Below, in pieces: positions 42,536-52,977 of a stretch of DNA of 64,000 bases. A program made the position numbers and the translations under genes. How positions within the stretch are numbered: the first letter of the stretch is position 1; every line of letters starts with the position of its first letter. Source of the DNA: a virus (taxonomy: Duplodnaviria; Caudoviricetes). The notes beneath the pieces are model-generated. The model saw nothing but the letters and a program-made list of their open reading frames with translations, ran no database searches and had not been told where the DNA came from. The stretch lies in IMG/VR virus record IMGVR_UViG_3300025868_000002, positions 1-64,000 of that record. The stretch is one strand, 5' to 3'.

Positions 42536-44758
42536 TTATTCTGGCAAACCCCAATTTTTTGCTGATTTATCTAAAGGGGATTCAATATCATCTTCATTAG
42601 AGGATTCTCCCCAACACTCACATGATGGGTGAGGAGGGTATGTCGCAAAAAAATCATTAATAGAAAGTGTTTTATTATGCATTTCTGCACAATATGAGCA
42701 AGTTTTTTCCGATAAAGCGGATTTCCACCTATATGCCTTTACACCGTCTTTCTTTGCTTTTGTTAATTCGCCAGCTATAACAGACTTATTATATATTGGC
42801 GAGCTATAAAGTCGTATTCTTTTAGTTTTAAACGCTGCCATTATCCCCCCCACTAAATCAGGAATAAGCGTGGCACGATGCTCTTTGTTTGTTGCTATAA
42901 TAGAATCTACTTCCCTATGCATATCATCTATTAAATTATCAGAAAAAGAATCTATCCATTCAACAGCTGAATTCAATAAACTTTCATCAACTTTCTCACC
43001 AGAAACTTCAAAATAAAATAGTGACCTCATTTGAGATTTAATATTTGATTTAAATAAAAATCCATATGTGGAGAATATTGATTCAACCTGGTCATAAGAT
43101 CTATTCTTTAGGGCAGAAACTAATTTTTTGCTAATGTTGTCATGTAAAGCGTATAAGAATTCATTAAAAGTTATAATGAGGTCTTCTCTGTCGGGTGAGT
43201 TTACGCTTGCTGTTGATTTTTGGCCACTAGGACCAGATACCTTACTTGGATTTGTGCTGTTATTCTTTACAGACCCATCGGGTGTGTTCTTGCTAAAAGG
43301 CAGAAACTCAGGTCCGCCAAATTGGCTTATCATGCCATCCTTTTTTTCAACGCTTCTCCTTGACAATTCAATATCATAGTCAAGATCAGCGTTTGTAACC
43401 GCCGACAATTCTGACATAAGCCCTCTATCATAAAAAATCTTAACCGCATCAAGAAGCTCTTTTAAATTATACAACTTCATACGAGAAAAAGAAAAACCTG
43501 GGTATTCATCTTCAAACCCATTTTTTATGGCAATTTTTCTCATAACCTGTGTTATCCAGGGAACAAGATAGGATACACGCACACCAGATAAGAATGCGAT
43601 AAGGCCGAGGAATTTCTGCCAATTTTCTGTGGAAGACGCTTCTCCATCAATAAGAACACGAGGGAATCCTAATGAGGATAAAATTTGCTCATTTGTTTCG
43701 GAGTATTTCTTCTCATAAGTTACTAATTCTTCTTTTGGGCCTATGTCAACTATATCAATATCATCTCCAGGCCACAAAAGTAAGTTATTAACTTTCGGAG
43801 ACATAATTAATCTTTCTAGCACAGCCAACCTATGGGGGGCAATAATACCAGTTTCAGTTTCAGCATCAATTTTTCCAGCTTTTATTATTGTGAGCCTATT
43901 AATTAATCCCTCAATAGTGTTGACCTCAAGGGCCTCTATCCGCTTCTTTGTTGATATAGGCCCAAACGCACGCCTAAAATAAGAAGTACCCCACTTAGAG
44001 AATGATTTAGCCCTCAACTTCATATGGGTAGTAAATGGCTCTTTATCGTCTGAAAATAAAGGTATGCCTTTACTATTCTTACCCAACTTAGGGCCAAATT
44101 TACTTCTTGAATCAACCGATAAGTATATTTTTTCGTTACCATTTTTTAAAAACTCATCATCGTCTATTTCTATAGAAAGTGTATCATGAACTCGTATCTT
44201 ATATGGTAATTTATAATAATCACCGTCTAACTCAACTGCGTCATCCCATATTTCGGATACAATAGCATCACCATCTGTAAACAGCCGCTCACAAATTTCT
44301 GAGAACACCTGGTGTATACCATGCGGCTTAATTACAGGAATCCCCTCATTTGTCATTAAATTATTAATATTATTCTTCCATTTGTTTAATAATATTAATA
44401 ATTCTTCACTTTTTACGTGTTCAATATTACCCTGAGTAATGGTGAATGCAACTAATCTATCTAAAACTGTACCACATAAAGAATCTGTTTCAACTAATTT
44501 TCTTGCTAATTTGATTTCATTTATTTTTCTTGTATCATTTGTATCTGAATAATTACCAACATTTAGGTACTCCCTAACCTGCTTAAGCAAAAACTCAGTA
44601 TCTTTTTTTACGTTTTCGCTATAGTTTATAGCCAACGCCACAAAATAACTTGTAATGTTAGCCTGCCTAATTGCCAATTCATTTTGGGTTAGGTTTTCGT
44701 ATTCCTCCATTGAACCAAGTGCGGTTATATCTGAAACCCAAAAGCTATCTTTACCCAT
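42536..44758 (-). CDS. Portal protein with C-terminal MuF/gp7-like domain
   Basis: Portal-sized core after the terminase; C-terminal YRWKSALSEKTCSYC...PPHPSCEC. Confidence 0.78.
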   Translation of the reverse strand: MGKDSFWVSDITALGSMEEYENLTQNELAIRQANITSYFVALAINYSENVKKDTEFLLKQVREYLNVGNYSDTNDTRKINEIKLARKLVETDSLCGTVLDRLVAFTITQGNIEHVKSEELLILLNKWKNNINNLMTNEGIPVIKPHGIHQVFSEICERLFTDGDAIVSEIWDDAVELDGDYYKLPYKIRVHDTLSIEIDDDEFLKNGNEKIYLSVDSRSKFGPKLGKNSKGIPLFSDDKEPFTTHMKLRAKSFSKWGTSYFRRAFGPISTKKRIEALEVNTIEGLINRLTIIKAGKIDAETETGIIAPHRLAVLERLIMSPKVNNLLLWPGDDIDIVDIGPKEELVTYEKKYSETNEQILSSLGFPRVLIDGEASSTENWQKFLGLIAFLSGVRVSYLVPWITQVMRKIAIKNGFEDEYPGFSFSRMKLYNLKELLDAVKIFYDRGLMSELSAVTNADLDYDIELSRRSVEKKDGMISQFGGPEFLPFSKNTPDGSVKNNSTNPSKVSGPSGQKSTASVNSPDREDLIITFNEFLYALHDNISKKLVSALKNRSYDQVESIFSTYGFLFKSNIKSQMRSLFYFEVSGEKVDESLLNSAVEWIDSFSDNLIDDMHREVDSIIATNKEHRATLIPDLVGGIMAAFKTKRIRLYSSPIYNKSVIAGELTKAKKDGVKAYRWKSALSEKTCSYCAEMHNKTLSINDFFATYPPHPSCECWGESSNEDDIESPLDKSAKNWGLPE

Positions 44759-45041
44759 TTGTATCCCTTACCTTTTTTGAAATCTCATGGATACCCATGG
44801 CAGATGCACCAACGTATATCCCGGAAGCAATATTCTGAAAAATCCTAACGTAGACAGATTCAGATGTCACACTAAATAATTGTGTATTTATGATAAATGA
44901 AAATAACACTCCTAAAAGAATAGCTGTAATAAACCAAGTTCTAGGATTTGTGAAAAAAAATTGTTTTGTTATAGAAATAATTGTTTTTATTAAAATTGAT
45001 GCTATGGCAAGATTACCAACTAAAAGATCTTGTGTTTCCAT
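44751..45041 (-). CDS. Holin (putative)
   Basis: 96 aa with three hydrophobic segments, GIYVGASAMGIHE motif and a basic C-terminus. Confidence 0.6.
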   Translation of the reverse strand: METQDLLVGNLAIASILIKTIISITKQFFFTNPRTWFITAILLGVLFSFIINTQLFSVTSESVYVRIFQNIASGIYVGASAMGIHEISKKVRDTNG

Positions 45042-45511
45042 TACTCAACTCCAATACAAATATCATCATGTAGTTTTATGTAAAATGTCTTTATTAATGG
45101 TGATTCTAACTCTGTAAATTTACTATTTACTTTATCTTTTATATGTGTTATCTTATACTTTAAGGCAAAAACAGACTCAAGTATAGTATTAGTTTTTGTC
45201 CCTATATCAAACACAGCCGTTTTTAACGGCAAAATACTAATAATTTCATTCTTTGTCTCTTCCTCAAGGCTATACACATACCCACCAAGTGCAAGTGAAA
45301 GGCAAAGTCTATCCCCTAACTTACCTATAATAACCCCCTTTTGGGGCAAGATTGTAATATATACATTGTCTATCTTCCATATAATCCATACAATAACTTT
45401 ATATATATTGTCTAATAAGGTAGTTTGGGGTGTAACATAATCCCTTCCCCAATCTTTTATGTCTATTTCTTCATGTATACCTTCATTATTTATAAAAGCC
45501 AAGCGTAACAT
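45041..45511 (-). CDS. Hypothetical protein
   Basis: Coupled ORF with RBS GGAG; no motif recognised. Confidence 0.55.
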   Translation of the reverse strand: MLRLAFINNEGIHEEIDIKDWGRDYVTPQTTLLDNIYKVIVWIIWKIDNVYITILPQKGVIIGKLGDRLCLSLALGGYVYSLEEETKNEIISILPLKTAVFDIGTKTNTILESVFALKYKITHIKDKVNSKFTELESPLIKTFYIKLHDDICIGVE

Positions 45512-45519
45512 ATTAACTC

Positions 45520-46041
45520 CTAAGTATATTGATACAAAAGTTTATATTTCCATGAAGCCGTACCTGTAGTTTTACCAGCCTCTACAACAACAGCAGTATA
45601 CAAAAACTGCGTATATGCTGGGTCGTCATATTCATTATATCCCAAGAATGTGTAAATATTTGGAACTGACGGAACAGAAGTTGGAGCTGTTGCCCAATCA
45701 CCAACCATGGAATATATATCAGAATCATTATATGTACTTGGATCTGTAAAAATATTACTTGCATAATACATATGTGTCATATCGGATGAAACCGCATTTT
45801 GGTCAGATATATAATACTTAAAATTTGTAACATAATTACCGGCACCATGCCCGGAGAATAAAAACCGTCTAACTTCACAATTAAAGTTGCCAATAGTTGA
45901 ATCTAATGTGCTTTTACCTGACCCAGGAAGATTTCGCGCAACCCAATAATTAGAACCTGCTACTAAGTTTGTTGCTCGTGTAGAGTCTATAACGGTGCCA
46001 TCTGTATACATAATCTCATTAATTGTAGTGGGTTGTCCCAT
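45520..46041 (-). CDS. Hypothetical (likely virion beta-sandwich) protein
   Basis: RBS GGAGG; T/S/Y-rich. Confidence 0.55.
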   Translation of the reverse strand: MGQPTTINEIMYTDGTVIDSTRATNLVAGSNYWVARNLPGSGKSTLDSTIGNFNCEVRRFLFSGHGAGNYVTNFKYYISDQNAVSSDMTHMYYASNIFTDPSTYNDSDIYSMVGDWATAPTSVPSVPNIYTFLGYNEYDDPAYTQFLYTAVVVEAGKTTGTASWKYKLLYQYT

Positions 46042-46043
46042 TT

Positions 46044-47951
46044 CTACCTCCCAATTATTGGCCCAACGGATACCATTCTAGGTACTGGCATTTTGTCAAA
46101 GACCTTTTTCTTTTCTATTTTTTCATTTTTTCCACAATAAGAAAGTAAAGCATCTACAGCATACATGGTAGAGCTAAACAAATCCTTGTATCCCTTTTCC
46201 AATGATTCATCCGTAGATTTATGATCTGGAACGTAATATTTTCTCCAACCACCGCCCACAGGGCGAGATTTTATCTTACCAAATTGGCCCCTTAAAGCAA
46301 GTAAATCAGAGTATACCGTGTTCAACTCCTCATTTGGGTGTATGCTCACCATTCTTGGCATGTATAGCTTTTTTGATTGCATCATTGCTTTTACTTTAGA
46401 TACGGTAACCGTGTTGTATTCTGCTGATGCATTAACTAATCTAAGCATATCCCTCCCATTAGGTATATTTTTTGCTTTTTCATCATTTACTTTATCGACA
46501 ATCGGGACGAAATTATTAGATTCTGGCTCTCTAAGCATATCCCGTAACGCTGTTCCACCACCGCGCTTATCCATATGAAATAACACAACATTAAAGATTT
46601 CTATACAAGTTAAAATTTTATTTAGCATATCGCTATAGCTCATATGGCTCTTTGCAAAAGCGTAGACTATATTATCAAACATATTACCTTGAGTTGTCCC
46701 TGGTCTAATAATAGTTATCCCAAATTTATCGCTCTCTGTCGCAACATCGACACCCATAACGGTAGGTAGTCTGCAACTTAACAATGGCTCCAAGGGGGCG
46801 GAAAAATCCTTACTTTTTATAAATCCCCTCATTTCATTCAAATATTCAGGAAATAAAAGATCAGCGTTTGGCGTATCATGGTCCTCAAATTCTATACTAT
46901 CAGATATTGACTGTAGAAGTAAATAAGGGAATTCTTTGCTTCCTAATTTAATAGGCACATTCTTATTTTCTGCTAACCAATCCTCTATGCTTACGGTATC
47001 AGAAAATTTACCCGACTCGATCTCTTCTATGTTTATTCTAAAATAAAATTTTAGCTTATTTTCTTCTAGCAACTTATTAACAACACTAACTGTGTATTGT
47101 CTTGGCCTTCGGATACCTTTCTGTAAGGAAAAAGAATCCTCATAATTAAATTCCACAACACAGTATTTACCCCTTTGCAATCTTGGGCAAAACCCATATG
47201 TCTTTAAATCTTGATCATCAACCATTTTTGCCATATATTCATCAATAATTTCATAATAATAGTCATCAGTATACCTAATTGTACCACAATACATAAAAGT
47301 ATTACCTATAACATTATGTGTTTTTTCATTATCTGAAAAAGGATCAGATAAAACGTTAGCAAACGGATGTATAACCTTAGTAACTTGGAATTTAGTAAAA
47401 TCCCTCATCTCATCTAAACGTATGTCATTTGCTCTTAAGCCAAGCAATGAATTGCCTTTTTTACCTATAGGCCCGGTAACAATTTGCGAACCATTTTTTA
47501 GGTGAACTCTCCACACATCATTCTGACCTTTATTAATTATCTTTGATGGAGTCCTACAAGATCTATTGCCAAATCCTTTGCGATGAACCTGCATACCCAT
47601 AGTATCAGATAATATTTTTTCTATACCAGAATCCTCAAATATCATGCGACCTTGACGAAATTGTGGCCCCAAAACAAGTTGAGTTCTACTGGGGTATAAA
47701 ATACTTTTTAAAATTGAAACAACAGCATTAATTGTAGATTTCATCATGCCACGAGATAAAAGCAATACAGAGTGATCGCAGAACCACGTAGCTTTTAATG
47801 CTATTCTAAAATGGGGGGAACTTACAGGCAAGCCTAAAATATCTCTTACAGCAAGCACAGGATGCCTGCGGTAAAAGTATACCATTTGCAGTCCTTCTAA
47901 TTTTTCCTTACGTGTAAGGTGTACTTCCTTTAATTTGTTTTTTTGTACCAA
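46044..47951 (-). CDS. terL: Terminase large subunit
   Basis: FYRRHP, Walker A-like SRGMMKST, GLRANDIRLDE, nuclease motifs GVDVA, DKRGGG, KDLFSS. Confidence 0.9.
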   Translation of the reverse strand: MVQKNKLKEVHLTRKEKLEGLQMVYFYRRHPVLAVRDILGLPVSSPHFRIALKATWFCDHSVLLLSRGMMKSTINAVVSILKSILYPSRTQLVLGPQFRQGRMIFEDSGIEKILSDTMGMQVHRKGFGNRSCRTPSKIINKGQNDVWRVHLKNGSQIVTGPIGKKGNSLLGLRANDIRLDEMRDFTKFQVTKVIHPFANVLSDPFSDNEKTHNVIGNTFMYCGTIRYTDDYYYEIIDEYMAKMVDDQDLKTYGFCPRLQRGKYCVVEFNYEDSFSLQKGIRRPRQYTVSVVNKLLEENKLKFYFRINIEEIESGKFSDTVSIEDWLAENKNVPIKLGSKEFPYLLLQSISDSIEFEDHDTPNADLLFPEYLNEMRGFIKSKDFSAPLEPLLSCRLPTVMGVDVATESDKFGITIIRPGTTQGNMFDNIVYAFAKSHMSYSDMLNKILTCIEIFNVVLFHMDKRGGGTALRDMLREPESNNFVPIVDKVNDEKAKNIPNGRDMLRLVNASAEYNTVTVSKVKAMMQSKKLYMPRMVSIHPNEELNTVYSDLLALRGQFGKIKSRPVGGGWRKYYVPDHKSTDESLEKGYKDLFSSTMYAVDALLSYCGKNEKIEKKKVFDKMPVPRMVSVGPIIGR

Positions 47952-48876
47952 GTCTCTTTCGTCCAGTCATTTCTAAAGCTTCTTCCAGAGAGTAACCCCC
48001 AGAGATAGTGCGAAATGCCTTGAGAGAAATTTCTCTTTCTCCATCAGGGTCTAATCGTTCATACTTATCAAGAAGCATATTTAATTCTTCAATTAGAAAA
48101 TCATATTCTACATTTTGGTATTCCCTCAATGTCTCATCATAAACAGTTGCCAATTCAGCTATACTTCCCTTCTGCCGTTCCGCACCTAAACTTAGCCTAT
48201 CTTTTTTAGATAATCCCAATAATGTAACATAATTTTTTAACTGATCTGATAATTCCTTTACGCTTAAGTCAGTCCTTGAATTTGCTAATAATGAAGTCTG
48301 TGCTTTTTCAATTAATAGCTGTGTTATCACTAGATTTCGCAGAATATCCCTATCTATAGCGGAATCTAAATCAAAATCATTTATGTAAGTCTGCATCCTA
48401 CTTCTAATCTCATTATCATCGGTGCGAAATTCATATGAAATTCTATCAACGATAGTATTTTTGCCAACGGTAACAGGATTGTTAGTGGGGCTAGAAGATG
48501 CCTCTTCTTTTATTTCCGATAGTATATTATCCCTTTTTCTTTGCTCATTGTCAAAAAATTCTCTGCCGCCAGGTCCCAATATTGCTAAAACTCTAGTCTT
48601 AAGCTTGTAGGGACAATTTTTCCACTGCATATAAGTTTTCGCTTTAGAAAACTTATTCTTTTTTGTGTAGCCATATAAGGCTAAAAAGAGTACTTCGTAT
48701 GCAGCCCATTTAGGTGATTCTGCCGCATTTCTTTGCTTCTTTGTTATGGAAGATGTCTTACTATTTTTTATACCAAGAAAATATAAGTATATTGTTTGGT
48801 ACATATCCTCTATCTCACCTAATCGTATATTAAAAATGGGGCTCTCTAATCCGTACAATTTTTCATCAGTTATCAT
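47908..48876 (-). CDS. Terminase small subunit (putative)
   Basis: Directly upstream of terL; helical, LLGLSKKDR pattern. Confidence 0.5.
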   Translation of the reverse strand: MITDEKLYGLESPIFNIRLGEIEDMYQTIYLYFLGIKNSKTSSITKKQRNAAESPKWAAYEVLFLALYGYTKKNKFSKAKTYMQWKNCPYKLKTRVLAILGPGGREFFDNEQRKRDNILSEIKEEASSSPTNNPVTVGKNTIVDRISYEFRTDDNEIRSRMQTYINDFDLDSAIDRDILRNLVITQLLIEKAQTSLLANSRTDLSVKELSDQLKNYVTLLGLSKKDRLSLGAERQKGSIAELATVYDETLREYQNVEYDFLIEELNMLLDKYERLDPDGEREISLKAFRTISGGYSLEEALEMTGRKRLGTKKQIKGSTPYT

Positions 48877-49417
48877 CAGATACTTCTTTCAATATTGCAA
48901 AGGATTCAGCCAATGATAAATAATAAGCTGTTAAGTGATTACCCTTTATATTTAAAAATTTTCGCAACATCTTAGGATTGGCACCACTTAAAAAAAGTGT
49001 TAAGGCTTCTAATTGTTTATAAGATAATGCTGGTAAAGCTTTATCAATTAAATCTTTTATTTCATATTGTAGCAGTAAACTAGTACCGGTATCTGTGCAA
49101 GTCTTTAAGAGTACATCTTCTTCATCGCTATGGGATAATTCTTCCATAGAAACAAAATGGTTATACCAGTTATAACCGTCATCCCTATTAACAAAATTAA
49201 TAGTATCCCAATATAATCTTTGAGTAACATAGCCAGAATTATACTTCTTATCTTCTACTTTAAACAATTTCCAAATAGACAATCTAAGCTCTTGCTCGCA
49301 ATCCTCTTTATCACATTCCCTTTTTATAAATTTATTCGTAAGTTTTTTTATGCCCGGCTCATAATACTTAAGGGCATCATCAATGGTTTCTATTACTTTT
49401 TCATGTACAATAAGCAT
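48866..49417 (-). CDS. Sigma70-family (ECF-like) sigma factor
   Basis: EDCEQELRLSIWK (region 2) and C-terminal LSYKQLEALTLFLSGANPK (region 4 HTH). Confidence 0.6.
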   Translation of the reverse strand: MLIVHEKVIETIDDALKYYEPGIKKLTNKFIKRECDKEDCEQELRLSIWKLFKVEDKKYNSGYVTQRLYWDTINFVNRDDGYNWYNHFVSMEELSHSDEEDVLLKTCTDTGTSLLLQYEIKDLIDKALPALSYKQLEALTLFLSGANPKMLRKFLNIKGNHLTAYYLSLAESFAILKEVSDDN

Positions 49418-49420
49418 GAT

Positions 49421-50050
49421 CTAGTTTTCTTTCGTAAGCTCAAATATCATAGTCTCTATATTGCTATACAAATCATCTAAAGACCCCCTGTTTCCCAACA
49501 GGTAATCCCATTCCTGAATAGCGTTGTATAAAGCCTCACCTGTATGTTTCGAATCTACATCTGAACATTCCCCATCATAGCTTGTAATAATATCTTTACA
49601 TGGATACATAAGAACTACGGATATCTTACTAAATATATTTTTTACATGTACACCGCTATCGCTTATTGCATGCGATATTAAAAATCTAGGGCCAAATTTA
49701 TCAAATAGTTTTAATTCGTCTGATTTTTTGACATCAGTAATAACCGCATTGAAATTTTTCTTGCTTTCGCACAACATGTAATCTTTCTTAATTTTTGATT
49801 CTACTTTATCTATAAATATGTTTGTATCAATATCTGTTAAAATATTACCAAGATTTTGCAAAAGCCACCTAGATTTTTTTGTTTTTTCACCCCAAAGATT
49901 AGATGAATCTATTAAAAAATAGTCGTGTACTAACCATTTTAAATAATCAGAAAACGAGTATTTGTAAAAGCCATATTTAGACTTTAAACAATTCCCAACA
50001 GTATCCCTACCGGAATTTGGTTTACCTACCAAACCTATTAATATTCCCAC
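49421..50050 (-). CDS. Deoxynucleoside monophosphate kinase
   Basis: IGLVGKPNSGRDTV, FSDYLK, RWLLQNLG, VITDV. Confidence 0.75.
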   Translation of the reverse strand: MGILIGLVGKPNSGRDTVGNCLKSKYGFYKYSFSDYLKWLVHDYFLIDSSNLWGEKTKKSRWLLQNLGNILTDIDTNIFIDKVESKIKKDYMLCESKKNFNAVITDVKKSDELKLFDKFGPRFLISHAISDSGVHVKNIFSKISVVLMYPCKDIITSYDGECSDVDSKHTGEALYNAIQEWDYLLGNRGSLDDLYSNIETMIFELTKEN

Positions 50051-50051
50051 A

Positions 50052-50399
50052 TCATTCCCCTATAATTTTATTTATGGCCGGAGAATCTGACATAACTATG
50101 CCCGAACTTAATTCAAAATATTTACGTGTTAATTCCGAATCAATGTCATCAATTGTAAATCCCTTTAAAGCAGACCCGTCTTTGGCAAACTTTTTAATTG
50201 AGGCATTTATTTCCTCACACGAAAAATTTGCAAATTTTTCTAACAATGCACAAATACTATCCGCGGAAACTTTCTTCCCCGAATTCGCTTTGGGTTTCTC
50301 CCCCTTCCCCAGGATCAGTATTTCTTCTGCTTTCTTCAGAAGTTTTGCTATCTCTGTATATTGTGCTGCCATTTTCAACCCCCTCATTTTTTGCTGCAT
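50052..50399 (-). CDS. Hypothetical protein
   Basis: RBS GAGGGG precedes the MAAQY start; heavily overlapped by the upstream ORF. Confidence 0.5.
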   Translation of the reverse strand: MQQKMRGLKMAAQYTEIAKLLKKAEEILILGKGEKPKANSGKKVSADSICALLEKFANFSCEEINASIKKFAKDGSALKGFTIDDIDSELTRKYFELSSGIVMSDSPAINKIIGE

Positions 50400-50625
50400 T
50401 AGCCTTTAACTCTTGCTCTAAAGATGCTGCTATTACCTGTATCTTCTCCTGTGTGTAACCAAGTTGTGCAAGCACCTTAAAAACTAGCGCAATCTTAAAA
50501 TCAACAATACCAAACGATTGACCAATCTGACTCTGCAATGCGCCAAATGCCTGACGTATACTCTCATCCCTTTCTGCAATTAGGGATAACATCTCTTGCT
50601 TAAGTTTAGTTCCTTTTTTGTCCAT
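50257..50625 (-). CDS. Hypothetical protein
   Basis: RBS AGGAAGAGG; helical N-terminal two-thirds. Confidence 0.55.
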   Translation of the reverse strand: MDKKGTKLKQEMLSLIAERDESIRQAFGALQSQIGQSFGIVDFKIALVFKVLAQLGYTQEKIQVIAASLEQELKANAAKNEGVENGSTIYRDSKTSEESRRNTDPGEGGETQSEFGEESFRG

Positions 50626-51058
50626 TTTTCCGCCTCTTCCTTTTTTGTGGTTTCCCTACGCGTATAAAGAATCTATTATATATAATAACACAATATTTAC
50701 TAAATTCCTGTAATACGTCTTCACTAGTATTTTCTGCACAATCTATATACTCATTAATTAATTTAGATCTTTCTAATAAAGATTGTGCAAATAATATTGG
50801 TTTATAAATATTGTCATTAAATTCTTCAATTGTTTTTGATTTGTGTACATCAGTTATTGAACTATTTATTGAGTTAAATATTTTTTCAGAAAAAGAATCG
50901 TATTTTAACTTCTTTTCTTTGCTGCCGAGGGTATAAATAAACCTTGATATGGGGTCTAAAATAGTAAAACAAATATTCTCTAATATATATGATAGCTCCT
51001 TATCAACCTCCTTACAATTATTTTTATTTAAAGATAAAAGCCTGTCATAATTTATCAT
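50606..51058 (-). CDS. Hypothetical protein
   Basis: Coupled to the polA stop; no motif recognised. Confidence 0.55.
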   Translation of the reverse strand: MINYDRLLSLNKNNCKEVDKELSYILENICFTILDPISRFIYTLGSKEKKLKYDSFSEKIFNSINSSITDVHKSKTIEEFNDNIYKPILFAQSLLERSKLINEYIDCAENTSEDVLQEFSKYCVIIYNRFFIRVGKPQKRKRRKNGQKRN

Positions 51059-52977
51059 TATTTAATATCACCCCACGAGCTATAACTATAATTGTAATCA
51101 ACTGTTAAATCAACTGCTTCCTTAAATTTTTTAAACTCCAATAATGGTCTTAACAAACCCACTGCTTTTTCTACTTCATATTTTGTGCTAACCTCACAAA
51201 TAAGCTCATCATGAATAACCAATATAGGGCGAATGTCCATGTCTGAAGTTCTTAATTTTTCATCAACATTTCTTAAAGCAATTTTCATTATATCGGCAGA
51301 CGTACCTTGAATTGGTGTATTTATAGCTTTTCTAACATCGGCAAAATATAGCTTCCTTTTTTCTGAAGCTAATTCATCATCATCATCTGGCATAACAACT
51401 AGCTTAATATTATCTAGTCTTCTTTTTCTGCCAAAAGCAGTTAAAATATACCCATTTTCTTCGGCAAATTTAATCACTCTATCAAACCATTTTGTGTTAC
51501 CAAGAAATCTTTCTTTATGATTTTTAATTAATTCACGCGCTTTTTCAACTTTAATATTTAGAGTATCGGCCAATTTATGCTCACCCATACCATAAAGGAT
51601 ACCAAAGTTACAGGTTTTACTGATTTTTCTTTGCTGTTTTGTTACCTCATCAAGCGGCGTATCAAACAGCAATGAAGCGGCAACCTTATGCACATCTTCA
51701 CCACAATTAACAGAGTCATAAAGATGTGAAAGTTTTGCCATTCCAACTAATATTCTGTATTCCATCTGGTCATAATCCATGGACAAAAAGTAATAACCTT
51801 TTCTTGGCATTATTGCATATCGCATACTTTCTGTCACATTCTGAAAATTTGGGTCGTTGGATGACATGCGGCCAGTCCCAGCACCAAGACTATTAAAATT
51901 AGTATATATTATTTCAGACTTGCTATCCTCAATTATTTTTAACCAGGGAATTATATATTTTGTCAAAAGGCTATATAGTTTCTTCCTTTTAGAGTATAAC
52001 TCAAATATATTATCGTCTTCACTTAACCCGTAATTACTAAGTAAATCTGCAAATCTTATTTTATACTTATTTATGTGATAATCGTCAAAGCATATAGATC
52101 TGGTTTGGGTATAACTAAAATACCGTTTCATGTCCGGAAATCTTGCCAAAATAAGCTCACCAAACTGCTCTCCGGAATTGATATTAAAATTATCACCGGC
52201 ACCAAGTAACTTTTTTATTTTGTTATAAATTTCGTCTGCTTTTTCTTTATATTCTTTCTTGAGTGACACTAATTTCTTATAACAAACCCTTACTCCCCTT
52301 AATTCCATTTTGGCAAGTGGGTATATTAAATCAACTTCCACATTATACATATAATTTGGTTCCCACCCAGTTTCTTTAAAATACTCAAATATTCTTAATG
52401 TTAAATCTGTATCTTGGCAGCAATATTCATATAATTCTTCCGGCTTTAACATGCTAACTTTATTATATTTTATATTATACTTTACAAGTATATCACCTAA
52501 TTCAACAACATTAAAATCAAATATTGTTTTTCCTAAATGTTTTAATTTACATGAATCAAATATGTCTAATAATTTTGCAATTACCAACGTGTCATGTTTA
52601 CACCTTATGTTTATATTAAAATCTTTTAACGTAAATTTATAGTCAAATTTTAAATTATGGCCTAAAATATCTTTTTTTTCTAAATATTTAGCTATATATT
52701 TCTTAAAAATGGTCTCATCCAAGTTGTTACCAAATTTATGTTTAAGAGGTATGTAAAAACCCAAACCTGGCTCACCACAAAAGGACACTCCAACAATTTT
52801 TGAATTCTGTATATTAATGCCATCTGTCTCAACATCATAAGCAATTACACTATATGTTTCTAATATTTCAGAAAGTCTTTTAGCTTTTCTTTCATTATCA
52901 ACTATATGGTAATTACAACCCTCTTTCCTAAACCATACTTCTTCACTAATTGCATTATCAAATAGTAATTGCTGCAT
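51058..52977 (-). CDS. polA: Family A DNA polymerase (3'-5' exo + pol, no 5' nuclease)
   Basis: DVETDG, GHNLKFD, motif A DYDQMEYR, motif B KTCNFGILYG (Phe762 type), motif C IHDEL. Likely start ATG 52977 (track starts at 53067). Confidence 0.95.
   Translation of the reverse strand: MQQLLFDNAISEEVWFRKEGCNYHIVDNERKAKRLSEILETYSVIAYDVETDGINIQNSKIVGVSFCGEPGLGFYIPLKHKFGNNLDETIFKKYIAKYLEKKDILGHNLKFDYKFTLKDFNINIRCKHDTLVIAKLLDIFDSCKLKHLGKTIFDFNVVELGDILVKYNIKYNKVSMLKPEELYEYCCQDTDLTLRIFEYFKETGWEPNYMYNVEVDLIYPLAKMELRGVRVCYKKLVSLKKEYKEKADEIYNKIKKLLGAGDNFNINSGEQFGELILARFPDMKRYFSYTQTRSICFDDYHINKYKIRFADLLSNYGLSEDDNIFELYSKRKKLYSLLTKYIIPWLKIIEDSKSEIIYTNFNSLGAGTGRMSSNDPNFQNVTESMRYAIMPRKGYYFLSMDYDQMEYRILVGMAKLSHLYDSVNCGEDVHKVAASLLFDTPLDEVTKQQRKISKTCNFGILYGMGEHKLADTLNIKVEKARELIKNHKERFLGNTKWFDRVIKFAEENGYILTAFGRKRRLDNIKLVVMPDDDDELASEKRKLYFADVRKAINTPIQGTSADIMKIALRNVDEKLRTSDMDIRPILVIHDELICEVSTKYEVEKAVGLLRPLLEFKKFKEAVDLTVDYNYSYSSWGDIK

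Noticed and set aside
45907-45924. GSGKST P-loop-like motif in the 173-aa ORF
   Set aside because: No preceding hydrophobic strand or Walker B; the protein looks all-beta.
48896-48913. TTGGCTGAATCCTTTGCA upstream of the putative terS
   Set aside because: GG-N11-GC; sigma54 spacing is strict.
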